From NCBI GenBank assembly GCA_052035765.1, contig JBPOHH010000515.1:1-48601 (forward strand): a DNA stretch of 48,601 nucleotides, in the 5' to 3' direction. Position numbers and translations under genes: made by a program. Below are positions 35,287 through 45,143 of the stretch, piece after piece. Numbering within the stretch: the first letter of the stretch is position 1; each line of letters starts with the position of its first letter. Origin of the DNA: Bacteroidota bacterium (GTDB lineage: Bacteria > Bacteroidota > Ignavibacteria > Kapaibacteriales > UBA961). The notes beneath the pieces were generated by a model, which worked only from the letters and a program-made list of their open reading frames with translations, made no database searches and was not told the DNA's origin.

Positions 35287-37272
35287 ATGAATGGATATTT
35301 TATTAACATTTTTACTCTGAATTTTATGCCTGTACGCCTTCTTACCTCATGCCTTACAGCAGTGGTACTGTTTGCCAGCATCACTCAAGCACAACCGTCA
35401 TCGAATGGTGCAATTCAACAATCACTGAATAATTCTATCCGCATTACACCACAGCAGCTTCAAAAAGCACTCGATGTGCAGAAGAAAATACAGAATCTCA
35501 TTGAGGAGAAAGTTCGTTATACGAAGGAAGATATCGAGCACGCACTCGAGCAATCCGCCCTTCATTCACCTCATCAAATAGACCGCACTGAAGACAGTCA
35601 GCCTACAACGGGCGTTCTTGGCATTGGAACAGAAAAAGTCGTAAGTGAGGATGCAAATTCAGAGTCTGAAATCCACGCTGCCATTAATCCTACCGACAGC
35701 TCGAACATGGTAGTCTCCCCTATCCGTTCCACTCAGAATCCTCTCGAAGGTCTGATTTGCCCTATCTATTATACCAAGGACTTTGGGAAAACATGGAGTA
35801 AAAGTTCTTTTCAGACAAAACCCAAATCTGCCAACGCGCTTACTGTCGGCGGAGGTGACCCTATGTTTGCCTATGATGCTGCCGGTAAGCTCTACATGTC
35901 ATGGATTAATCTCTATATTGAGAATTTTAAATTTGATACCTTATACGAAGAAATGTCGTGGGCATATTCAACCGATGGCGGTGTCAAATGGAATCGTGAA
36001 GCACAAGGGGTCATTGGCAAGACAATACTCGCCGGAGCAAATCAATCGGAATTCTATGATAAACAATGGATGGTCGTCGACCATACTGACTCTCCGTACC
36101 GCGGCACTCTCTACGCAGGGATATTTCACCCTTCCGGCACCGATGTTCGTATAGGATTACGAAGAAAAGAAGCCGGCGCGAAAGAATTCATTCAAGCCAC
36201 CACTCGACCGGTCGGCAATAATTACTCGTTGAACCAATTTACAAGCGTCGATGTCGACCCGCAGGGTGGTGTTCACTTGACCTTTTTTGGAGATATCAAT
36301 AATGCCATGGCGCCTGCATTATATCATGCAATTTCACTTGACGGCGGTAAAACCCTGAACCAGGAAGTGAAAATTGCTGATGTCCAAATACCGCGATTTA
36401 CCCTCGGCCAGGAAAAGGACTCTATCATTGGAGTGCAGGCATCACGACTGTATCCATGCCCGCACTTTGTCATCGACAAATCAGCAACAAGCCCTTATAA
36501 AGGAAATTGTTATATGGTTTGGACTGCCAACGGTGTAACCACAAAAGCAGAGAATGGATTGGATATATATTTCAGTATCTCTACAGATAATGGCACTACC
36601 TGGTCCACTCCTTCAATTGTCAATGATGATGTCAAGGGTAAGAAATCGGAGCAGTTCTATCCCAGTATTACCGTGAACCCCAACGGCGTCGTTTGCCTTG
36701 CCTGGTACGATCGCCGTAATGATAGTCAGAATCTTCAAACAGAATACTATATGACCTTTTCGTTCGATGGCGGAAAGTCATTTATCAAAAACTTTGCGGT
36801 TTCTCAAAAACCGACAGACTTTTCAACCGTCGGGCTCCTCAATGGTGGATTTGGAGTGGGAGAATATAATGAACTTCTTGCCACCGGAACATACGCAATA
36901 CCCTTTTGGGCTGATGCAAGAAGTAATGATGGAAACATGAATGTGTATTCAGCAGTGGTGCCAATTACACAAACAACGGGAGTAGCCGAACAAATTACCA
37001 CGCTCGATTCAAAATTTGTACTCATGAATGCTACTCCTAATCCAAGCGCAGGGGCTACGCAGATAGGTTTCAGCCTCGAATCCTCTTCAAAGGTCGTGCT
37101 GGAAGTATATGATATTACAGGTACTAACCGAACTATGCTTTATAATGGTACTGCACAAGCCGGCGAACATTTCGTCTCGCTTCCGGCAGGAATGCTCCCA
37201 AGCGGCAAGTACTTCTACAAAATAACAACCGATTTTGGTTATTCCATAAAATCATTGGTCCTGATCAACTAA
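35287..37272 (+). CDS. BNR/Asp-box (sialidase-fold) secreted protein with a T9SS type-A C-terminal sorting domain
   Basis: 661 aa, with an alternative start at ATG 35326 (MPVRLLTSCLTAVVLFASITQA). Five Asp-box-like motifs (DFGKTW, STDGGVKW, SLDGGKT, STDNGTTW, SFDGGKS). The last roughly 85 aa (NATPNPSAGATQIGFSL...VYDITG...GKYFYKI...) fit a T9SS CTD. Confidence 0.8.
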   Translation: MNGYFINIFTLNFMPVRLLTSCLTAVVLFASITQAQPSSNGAIQQSLNNSIRITPQQLQKALDVQKKIQNLIEEKVRYTKEDIEHALEQSALHSPHQIDRTEDSQPTTGVLGIGTEKVVSEDANSESEIHAAINPTDSSNMVVSPIRSTQNPLEGLICPIYYTKDFGKTWSKSSFQTKPKSANALTVGGGDPMFAYDAAGKLYMSWINLYIENFKFDTLYEEMSWAYSTDGGVKWNREAQGVIGKTILAGANQSEFYDKQWMVVDHTDSPYRGTLYAGIFHPSGTDVRIGLRRKEAGAKEFIQATTRPVGNNYSLNQFTSVDVDPQGGVHLTFFGDINNAMAPALYHAISLDGGKTLNQEVKIADVQIPRFTLGQEKDSIIGVQASRLYPCPHFVIDKSATSPYKGNCYMVWTANGVTTKAENGLDIYFSISTDNGTTWSTPSIVNDDVKGKKSEQFYPSITVNPNGVVCLAWYDRRNDSQNLQTEYYMTFSFDGGKSFIKNFAVSQKPTDFSTVGLLNGGFGVGEYNELLATGTYAIPFWADARSNDGNMNVYSAVVPITQTTGVAEQITTLDSKFVLMNATPNPSAGATQIGFSLESSSKVVLEVYDITGTNRTMLYNGTAQAGEHFVSLPAGMLPSGKYFYKITTDFGYSIKSLVLIN

Positions 37273-37331
37273 TTCGATTCGAAGTTTCCGTTGGCGAAGA
37301 CTCGATAATCAACTCCACTTTCTGTATTTTT

Positions 37332-39506
37332 ATGAAAATATTTCTCTCGTTTCTCCTGTGTTTACTTTCTCTTCAAGACTCTCCTGCTCAGCAGTATTCC
37401 GGTCGTATTCCCGCCATTCTTCAGTCCGATAAATCTACGGACGAAAAATCAGAACTATGCAGGCATGCTGTTCTGCCATTAGGTATGAATGTAAAAACAA
37501 GTGCTTCCGCTATCGAGCGCAGAAACTATAACGTGCTTTCCTATAAGCTCTTTATGGATTGGCGTAATATACTCTCGGATACAGGAAGCAGCCCTGCAAG
37601 CAGACGATATTCCGGTAGTAATGAAATACTTGTATCAATTGATTCCGCCAATACAACCGAACTGATATTCGATGCCGCATCGATGAAAATCGACAGTGTC
37701 TTTGTGCGCAATGAACGGGTATTGAATGTCAGTCAGCCATCATCAGAGAATAATTTCAGAATACAGCTCAAGAGCCCACTCAATGTAGCAGATACTGCAA
37801 CTGTTAAGATCTATTATACTTATAACGGTTCAAGTAACAGAGGTTTATTTTTATTTCCCAAAGGAATGTTCGTAGGACGGGGTCCACGACCGGCAGAAGA
37901 TTCAATCGTTGTCGATGAGAGATTGGTCTATACCATGAGTGAGCCGCAAGATGCACGGCATTGGATGCCTTGTAATGATGCGCCTCATGACAAAGCAGTG
38001 GCGACAATTACTGTCCGTGTTCCGTTTGAAAAATCGTCCAATGAGTTGCAATTTACCGTATCATCGAACGGCAGCCGAACCATTGGCTCACCGAAGGAGG
38101 ATGGCACCGGGAAGTCCTACCGGGATTTTACCTGGCAGGATCCTACTCCGATTCCCACATATTTAATGGTCGTCAACGCTTCGAAATTTTCGGAATACTC
38201 TGAGTGGTACAAGCGTGTTACCAACCCCAATGATAGTGTTGAAATCATAAATTTTGCTTGGCCAAACGATGTCGGAAATGATTCTATAGAAGATGGAAGT
38301 AAATATAACATCCGCTATTCTTTACGGAATGTACCCTCGATGATGGCCTATTACTCGTCAAAATACGGAGAGTATCCATTTGTAAAATATGGTCATACGG
38401 CAGTGCAGCCATTTAATTTCGGGGGAATGGAACATCAGACAATGTCGACCATCAACCGTTCATGGCTCCGGGGAATGAGCGAATCAGGCGTCGCTCATGA
38501 GCTCATGCACCAATGGACCGGTGATTTGGTGACATGCGCCACATGGTATGATATTTGGCTTAATGAAGGTGGCGCTACCTATGGAGAAGCGCTGTTTTTT
38601 GAATCCTGGGGCGGTGAAGAATGGTACCTCCGCATTATGAATGAGAGACGCAATAGCTACATGCAGTCGCAGCCACAACCTCCAATCTACGGTATAAGTA
38701 TCAATAATGTCTTTAATTATGCTACATCATACTGTAAAGCCGGTTGGGTCTACCACATGCTCCGAAAAATGCTCGGAGATTCTGTGTATTTCTCGGCAAT
38801 GAAGTCGTATTTTACTAAATATCGCTTTCAGTCAATCGAAACAGAAGATATGGTGGCAACATTCGAAGAGCTTGTGCCGAATCCACCTGTTCCCTTCCGC
38901 AAGTTCTTTGATCAATGGCTCTACGCTGCCGGACACCCGAATTACGTAGTATCTACCTCGCAGTATTATCACAGTCCTACCGAACAACGAGTCGTCGTGA
39001 ATATTCAACAAATTCAATCAGGACAGGATGTTCCGGATGTTTTCGAAATGCCTGTCAAGCTGACGTTTATCGGTAAAAACAACGAGAAAGCGGTGGTGAA
39101 GTTTATCAATAATCAACGCAATGAACAGACAGAAACCTTCTTTGTACCCTTCGTCGTCGCACGGGTGGTCTTCGATTCTACCGATGATATTCTCTGCGAG
39201 AAGACCATGAATGTCGTTTCCGTCGACGAGTCAGACCTTGAACATGTGCAGTCCGGTATCCACCCAAATCCCGCATCTGCTTCTGCTCAATGCCGATATA
39301 CCGTATCTGTTCCTACGTTGGATATGTACAGCGTAGAGCTCAACGATATGCTTGGTCGCTCAGTTTTGAAACTACAGGAAGGTATGCTCCCACAAGGACA
39401 GTATTCAATCGCAATACCTACTTCTACCCTAACCCCGGGCATGTATTCTGTTCGCCTACGATCGAATACCCGCGTGAACGACGTACCATTTATCCTTCTT
39501 CCGTAA
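37332..39506 (+). CDS. M1-family zinc metallopeptidase (aminopeptidase N-like) with a T9SS type-A C-terminal sorting domain
   Basis: 724 aa with a signal peptide. The exopeptidase motif variant is GGMEHQ. The zinc site is HELMH-x18-E (VAHELMHQWTGDLVTCATWYDIWLNEGGATY). The C-terminal IHPNPASASAQCRYTVSV...LNDMLGRSV...GMYSVRL fits a T9SS CTD. Confidence 0.88.
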   Translation: MKIFLSFLLCLLSLQDSPAQQYSGRIPAILQSDKSTDEKSELCRHAVLPLGMNVKTSASAIERRNYNVLSYKLFMDWRNILSDTGSSPASRRYSGSNEILVSIDSANTTELIFDAASMKIDSVFVRNERVLNVSQPSSENNFRIQLKSPLNVADTATVKIYYTYNGSSNRGLFLFPKGMFVGRGPRPAEDSIVVDERLVYTMSEPQDARHWMPCNDAPHDKAVATITVRVPFEKSSNELQFTVSSNGSRTIGSPKEDGTGKSYRDFTWQDPTPIPTYLMVVNASKFSEYSEWYKRVTNPNDSVEIINFAWPNDVGNDSIEDGSKYNIRYSLRNVPSMMAYYSSKYGEYPFVKYGHTAVQPFNFGGMEHQTMSTINRSWLRGMSESGVAHELMHQWTGDLVTCATWYDIWLNEGGATYGEALFFESWGGEEWYLRIMNERRNSYMQSQPQPPIYGISINNVFNYATSYCKAGWVYHMLRKMLGDSVYFSAMKSYFTKYRFQSIETEDMVATFEELVPNPPVPFRKFFDQWLYAAGHPNYVVSTSQYYHSPTEQRVVVNIQQIQSGQDVPDVFEMPVKLTFIGKNNEKAVVKFINNQRNEQTETFFVPFVVARVVFDSTDDILCEKTMNVVSVDESDLEHVQSGIHPNPASASAQCRYTVSVPTLDMYSVELNDMLGRSVLKLQEGMLPQGQYSIAIPTSTLTPGMYSVRLRSNTRVNDVPFILLP

Positions 39507-39537
39507 GGAAATTGTTCAGTTATTACTTTGAAATTGC

Positions 39538-41265
39538 ATGGCTGTACAGAAAAATATAGAACGAAGAATGAAAGGCATTCCTGCTTCGCAGGGAATATGT
39601 ATCGGGAAGGCCGTCGTTCTCAGAGCCGAAGCTTTTGTTTCGTCGGTAGAACACATCGAGCCGGAAGAAATTCCGACAGAAATTGCCCGGTTTTATGCCG
39701 CTCTGGAAAGCAGTGCGACAGAACTGCAGCATATCATTGAGATTGCGGAAAAAGAAGCAAATCATGTAGCACCGATACTCGAAACGTATCTCTTGATTCT
39801 TACCGACCAGACGGCTTCTGATTCAATCAAACGTCGGATTCAACAGGGGTATTATTCTGCTGAGATCGCCGTGGTGCAGGAATTTGATGCACAAAAACAG
39901 TTTTTTAAGCTCGCCAAAGATCCCATCCTCCGCGAACGTGCCGTTGAGCTCGACCATGTGAAGGACCGGCTCCTCGATGGTCTCCGTAACCGGTCGATTA
40001 CTCACTCAGTTGCTGCAAAAAGCATTGTGGTATCTCCCTCGATTACGCCGACCGATCTGATGATGTTTAATCAGGCCGGTGCTCTTGCCTTTATTACGGA
40101 AGTCGGTGGAATTGCATCGCATGCGTCAATTCTTGCGCGGTCACTTTCTATACCTGCCGTGATTGGAGTTCGTGATGCAGCACAAGTTATTCACACGGAT
40201 GACATGCTGATTATTGATGGTAATGCAGGATTGATAATATGCAATCCCAAGCCCGAAACACTGGCAAAGTATGAAAAACGCAAGCTCGATGAAGAGGAAA
40301 ACCGTCGGAAACTCGGAAAGCTTGCCAACCTGAAAGCCGAAACTCATGACGGACATTCAATTCATCTTCTGGCAAATATTGATTCTCTTGAAGATGTCGA
40401 AGCCGCCCGAAATTCCGGTGCAGACGGCATTGGGCTCGTTCGCTCGGAATATCTGATTATTCAGCGGCAGCATTTCCCGACAGAGGAAGAACAGTATGAT
40501 TGGTATAAGCAAATTGCCGAACAAATGTATCCGCATCCTGTGACGATACGTGCATTTGATGTCGGTAGTGATAAATATGCCGAGGGATTGCCACATGAAG
40601 ATAATCCTGCACTCGGTGTACGCGGGATTCGGTTTTTATTACACAGAAAAGATATTTTCAAATCGCAGATAAAGGCAGTCTTACGGGCTTCGCAGCATCG
40701 TAATCTGCGTTTGATGCTCCCCATGATTGCTACGACTGAAGAATTGCAGGAATCTCTTGATTTGATTGGTAAATGTAAACGTCAGTTACGAAAATCAAAT
40801 ACGTCGTTCGATGAGCACCTTCCGGTCGGAATCATGATCGAAACGCCCGCAGCAGCAATTATGGCGGTTGACTTTGCCCAAAAAGCAGATTTTTTCAGCA
40901 TTGGTACCAATGACCTCACACAATATACTCTTGCTTCCGACCGCACCAATGAATTCGTGGCGCATATCTTTGACCCCTTTCATCCTGCAGTCCTGAGACT
41001 CATGAAAATAGCTATCGATGCGGCAAAAGCACGGAATATTCCTGTGGGTATCTGCGGGGAAATGGCGGGGCATTCGGCAGCGACCGAACTCCTTATCGGT
41101 CTCGGTGTTACAGAGCTGAGTGTGACTCCCCCGCTGCTCCTCGAACTCAAAAAACGTATCCGTAAGTCTGATTATCTCAAAGCACAGATACTTGCCGTCG
41201 TTGCTCTCGGCAGTGACAGCAGCAATGATGTGCGGAAGATAATTGCCAAAGAACGCAAGCGGTAG
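39538..41265 (+). CDS. ptsI: Phosphoenolpyruvate-protein phosphotransferase (PTS Enzyme I)
   Basis: 575 aa, with an alternative start at ATG 39568 (MKGIPASQGICIGKA). Phospho-His region GGIASHASILARSLSIPAVIG. PEP-utilizer C-terminal region RAFDVGSDK, GVRGIR, MIETPAA and FFSIGTNDLTQY. Confidence 0.92.
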   Translation: MAVQKNIERRMKGIPASQGICIGKAVVLRAEAFVSSVEHIEPEEIPTEIARFYAALESSATELQHIIEIAEKEANHVAPILETYLLILTDQTASDSIKRRIQQGYYSAEIAVVQEFDAQKQFFKLAKDPILRERAVELDHVKDRLLDGLRNRSITHSVAAKSIVVSPSITPTDLMMFNQAGALAFITEVGGIASHASILARSLSIPAVIGVRDAAQVIHTDDMLIIDGNAGLIICNPKPETLAKYEKRKLDEEENRRKLGKLANLKAETHDGHSIHLLANIDSLEDVEAARNSGADGIGLVRSEYLIIQRQHFPTEEEQYDWYKQIAEQMYPHPVTIRAFDVGSDKYAEGLPHEDNPALGVRGIRFLLHRKDIFKSQIKAVLRASQHRNLRLMLPMIATTEELQESLDLIGKCKRQLRKSNTSFDEHLPVGIMIETPAAAIMAVDFAQKADFFSIGTNDLTQYTLASDRTNEFVAHIFDPFHPAVLRLMKIAIDAAKARNIPVGICGEMAGHSAATELLIGLGVTELSVTPPLLLELKKRIRKSDYLKAQILAVVALGSDSSNDVRKIIAKERKR

Positions 41266-41309
41266 AATACCATACTCATCTTCATATATCTCCTTTTCTT
41301 TTCTTTTCT

Positions 41310-43232
41310 TTACCAACCACTTAGAAAGACTGCCAGGTTTTCGTGTGAATCTATTCCCAGCTTTTTCCGGATGTTCCGACGATGCCACTCGATCGTGCGA
41401 ACAGAAGAGCAGAGCAGATTCGCAATATCTTTATTTTCCATGTTCACTCTTATAAGTGTCGCTACTTTGAGTTCTGCCTGAGTCAACCCCGGGAATTCGG
41501 TACTCAACCTCTTGATAAATTCATCATGAAAGCGGTCGAATTTTTCCATGAACGTGAGCCATTGTTTATTACCTTCAAGATTTGATTCAATCTGTGTTAC
41601 GGTATTTTTCAGGTTACAGCTACCGCAGACTTCATATTGATTCATGTTTTGTTGTATCTGGGCTTGTACTTGCTTTAGAAATTGATTTTTCTCTATCAGG
41701 TGCAATCCTATAAGCTGGAGCTCGCGTGAGCAGAGCATGTGCAAACGTTCAACTTCGTGATATTTACATTCTAAGGAAGACTTTTCTGCATTGACTTGCT
41801 CAATTTCAAATTTGGAAAGCAGCAATTGCGAACGGGATAGTGATTGCTCGTTGGTTATTTGTTCTTTATAGCGAAGGTGATTCTTCATAGCATTGAGTGC
41901 CTGTTGATACTCACCGTTATGTTCATAGGCCCGCGTGATGGCATACCATGCCATCAACAGATGTTGAATACTATCGAGTTCTGTCGCAAGCTCAATTGCA
42001 CTCTTGAGCCGGAGAATAGCTTCATCATATTCTCCCTGGAGAAAGCATATCGATGCTATTTCTATATAATAACTTGGTAACTGTGCCCGGCGGTTATTCG
42101 ACGTACACAAATCGAGACCTTCTTTGGCGAAGGACATTGCTTCGGTTAGCTGATGCAGCTGTTTGTATACGGTGGCAACATTCAAGCAGGCAGAAATCAC
42201 CCCCTGTACATGATTGATCTCTTTGCTGAGGGTATAGCTTCCCAGTGCAAGCTCCAACGCTTCATGCAAATTACCGAGGCGCATTTCATCGACGGAAATA
42301 TTATTCAGGCATAGAGCAATATTTTTATTTCGTTGTAATTCCCTGTAAATATTCAATGCCATGGTATGGTATTTCCGTGCCATCTCATAATTTTTCATTT
42401 CCCCAAATATCGTCCCGATATTATTGAGCGTATCTGCTTCACCCACCAAATACCCTATTTCCTGCTTGATAGTCAAACTTTGCCGGTAATACACGAGGGC
42501 ATTTTCGTAATCACCGCTCTTGCTGTACACGTTGGCTATATTATGAAGTGAAGATGCGACACCATATTTGTCTTCGAGCTCCTGCCGAAGTTGAAGGCTC
42601 TTCGTGAAATACAGCATTGCCCCTTCGTTGTCTCCCTGTAGGTCATTAACGACACCTAGATTATGATACACTGTTGCTTCACCTTCTTTATTCGATGATT
42701 TAGTCCAAAGTGCTAATGCTTTACTGAAATACTCGGTTGCTGCAGTAAAATCATTATGCACTTTCCGAAGAATGCCGTATTCCAGATATGCACCTCCTAC
42801 AAGTGAATCGAATCCTTCTTTTTCGGCGATATTGAGTCCTTGGGCCAGATACTGCTCTCCATCTGCGAAATCACGCCGCTCGATGGACAATCCACCAAGC
42901 AAAATCAACGCACGCGCCTCTCCAAAAAGTGATGAATTGTTTCGGTATTCATTCAATGCATGCCTTGCATACTCAAGCGCGCGATCCGTTTCAGCAAAAT
43001 ATACTGCATGGAAACGTGACAAATTATAGAATGCCACTGCCATTCCTTCGTGACACTGAACCTTGCGCGCATCGTCAAGTGCCTGCTGACTCAACGCCAT
43101 ACCTCTCTTGACATCCTTGTATTTAATCAAATCGACTAACTCATTTAAATATCTGATTTTATCTGATGGATGCTTGACTTTTGCGATTGCACGCTCTATC
43201 TGAGTTATTTTCTGCTTATTGTTTTTTGCCAT
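41310..43232 (-). CDS. TPR-repeat transcriptional regulator with a C-terminal LuxR-type HTH
   Basis: 640 aa. About 9-10 TPR-like units (…ALEYARHAL…, …ATEYFSKAL…, …AMLYFTKSL…, …ALVYYRQSL…), a coiled-coil linker, then LTQAELKVATLIRVNMENKDIANLLCSSVRTIEWHRRNIRKKLG. Confidence 0.85.
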   Translation of the reverse strand: MAKNNKQKITQIERAIAKVKHPSDKIRYLNELVDLIKYKDVKRGMALSQQALDDARKVQCHEGMAVAFYNLSRFHAVYFAETDRALEYARHALNEYRNNSSLFGEARALILLGGLSIERRDFADGEQYLAQGLNIAEKEGFDSLVGGAYLEYGILRKVHNDFTAATEYFSKALALWTKSSNKEGEATVYHNLGVVNDLQGDNEGAMLYFTKSLQLRQELEDKYGVASSLHNIANVYSKSGDYENALVYYRQSLTIKQEIGYLVGEADTLNNIGTIFGEMKNYEMARKYHTMALNIYRELQRNKNIALCLNNISVDEMRLGNLHEALELALGSYTLSKEINHVQGVISACLNVATVYKQLHQLTEAMSFAKEGLDLCTSNNRRAQLPSYYIEIASICFLQGEYDEAILRLKSAIELATELDSIQHLLMAWYAITRAYEHNGEYQQALNAMKNHLRYKEQITNEQSLSRSQLLLSKFEIEQVNAEKSSLECKYHEVERLHMLCSRELQLIGLHLIEKNQFLKQVQAQIQQNMNQYEVCGSCNLKNTVTQIESNLEGNKQWLTFMEKFDRFHDEFIKRLSTEFPGLTQAELKVATLIRVNMENKDIANLLCSSVRTIEWHRRNIRKKLGIDSHENLAVFLSGW

Positions 43233-43276
43233 TGGTTATCCGTATAATAGTGATTATACTGTGATTGAATACATGT

Positions 43277-45076
43277 TTAGGGTTTTGCCTTGAGAAGCTT
43301 TGTACGGGAAGAACTCTTATTGGGCTGACTATGCGTGCGATGCGTCATATCCGTCAGAACAAAATTATTTACGATTTCCGAGAGTTGATTCGCTTGAGTA
43401 GTCAATATCCGTGAAGCAGATGCAATGTCCTCAATCTGCCGCGCCGTACTTGACGTCACCTGCGTCATAGCTGAAATATTCCTGCTGATACTACCTGCCG
43501 TCGATGCCTGTTCGTCATTGGCAATTGCTATTTGATGGATCATATCGAATACTTCCTGCGAACTCTGCACTACTTCTCTGAGAGCGAGCCCGGCTTGATC
43601 GGCCAACGTTATCCCTTTTTGTACTTCATCGTTGCCGGAGTTCATCACCAGCACCGCCTGATTGGTCTCATGTTGTATATTTTTGATCATGACGGCTATT
43701 TGTTTGGTGGCATCTGAAGTACGTTCGGCGAGCTTACGAACTTCATCTGCCACCACTGCGAATCCTCTGCCTTGTTCACCCGCTCTTGCCGCTTCGATCG
43801 CCGCATTGAGTGCAAGGAGATTTGTTTGGTCGGCGATATCGTTAATTACGGAGACAATTTCACTAATTTCTTCGCTCGATTTGCCGAGCTTTTCGATATT
43901 ATCGACAGAAATTTTCACAACGGTGGCAATATCTGTCATTTTTTGAATAGTATTTTTCACGACTTCTCCCCCGCCGATTGCTTTGTCGCCGTTGAGCTTA
44001 GCGAACTCCGAGGTTTTGGTGGCGTTACGTGCATTTCCGGCGATGGTACTGCTCATTTGTTCGATCGCACTCGCTATTTCATTAGTCTGCGAGGATAACT
44101 CCTGTGTCGCCGTCGCCATAATTTCTGAATTTGATGAGAGCTGCGATGCGGTCGCACTTGTAGTATAGACACTCTCGGCAACGATGGTCAATGCTTCTTG
44201 CAGTGAAGTACCTACGTTATTAATCGAGTGCTTCAGTTCTTCAAAATCGCCGTGATAGTCGCCGGTAATCCTTGCCGTCAAATTAGATTCAGCCATCTCG
44301 GCCAGTACTTCGCTTGCCTCGTTGATTGGCTCAAGGATCGACTCAAGCATTGAATTCAAACTCTCGGCTATATCCTTGAATTTACCATGATATTTCGATG
44401 CATTTATCCTGGTACTGAGTTCAGTATTTGATATTGCCTGTAGAATACCGGTCAGGTCAACATCGAAATTCGCCTGTTCGGTATCGTCGAACCATTCGAC
44501 GATAAAGCCCTTATGAATATCGTGTTTATCCTTGAGCGGAGTAACGACGAGCTTAAACACCAGATCGGCTACACGAATTCTATTGGTATACTGATACGTT
44601 AGCGTACCGAGTAACGAGCGCTGATGATGGGGATTTTTGTGAAATACATCGATATTCTTACCTATAAGATTCTTGGAAGAAAATGAGGGCAATTGAGCTT
44701 TGATTCGGTGTTCAGAACGCGAAAGCAATTGCTCAACCGATGAGTTGAGATACGTAATAGTAAGCTCACGGTCACATATCATGATATTTGCTGAAATTGC
44801 ATTAAAATCTTCCACCGAAACGCTACTGCTGCTGATACTCGTTTGCTTTGCTCCAAGCTTGGTGGACAGAAATATCGTCACCGTTGAGTAGACAAGGAAT
44901 AGTGCGCTAAAGAGTATAGCATCGAGAGTATTCCCTCCTCCTGACTGCCCAGACAGCCCTGATGATATTTCCATCGTTGAGTAAACTGTGACCAAGACGA
45001 CAACCATAATCAGCGCGGCACGAAGGCGCGTAATAGACCAGAACTCACCATGAACGGGTATTGCAGAATTCATCAT
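43277..45076 (-). CDS. Methyl-accepting chemotaxis protein (2 TM, cytoplasmic PAS, HAMP-like, MA domain)
   Basis: The track ORF is trimmed to ATG 45076 ([12 protein letters not shown]). The longer form overlaps the upstream kinase. Two TM helices are separated by a loop of about 15 aa. PAS-like [21 protein letters not shown]. The highly conserved MA hairpin reads [40 protein letters not shown]. Confidence 0.9.
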   Translation of the reverse strand: MMNSAIPVHGEFWSITRLRAALIMVVVLVTVYSTMEISSGLSGQSGGGNTLDAILFSALFLVYSTVTIFLSTKLGAKQTSISSSSVSVEDFNAISANIMICDRELTITYLNSSVEQLLSRSEHRIKAQLPSFSSKNLIGKNIDVFHKNPHHQRSLLGTLTYQYTNRIRVADLVFKLVVTPLKDKHDIHKGFIVEWFDDTEQANFDVDLTGILQAISNTELSTRINASKYHGKFKDIAESLNSMLESILEPINEASEVLAEMAESNLTARITGDYHGDFEELKHSINNVGTSLQEALTIVAESVYTTSATASQLSSNSEIMATATQELSSQTNEIASAIEQMSSTIAGNARNATKTSEFAKLNGDKAIGGGEVVKNTIQKMTDIATVVKISVDNIEKLGKSSEEISEIVSVINDIADQTNLLALNAAIEAARAGEQGRGFAVVADEVRKLAERTSDATKQIAVMIKNIQHETNQAVLVMNSGNDEVQKGITLADQAGLALREVVQSSQEVFDMIHQIAIANDEQASTAGSISRNISAMTQVTSSTARQIEDIASASRILTTQANQLSEIVNNFVLTDMTHRTHSQPNKSSSRTKLLKAKP

Positions 45077-45143
45077 ATCTCCGAACGAATGTATATAAAT
45101 TAAATAGCAACTAGTTACCTGAAAGTTAACGGGGATTTGATAT

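Noticed and set aside
40795-41388. 197-aa minus-strand ORF spanning the ptsI 3' end, the spacer and the luxR-type gene 3' end.
   Set aside because: It is antisense to well-supported ptsI codons and out of frame with the TPR-LuxR gene. It is Cys/Arg-rich with no motifs, so it is most likely spurious.
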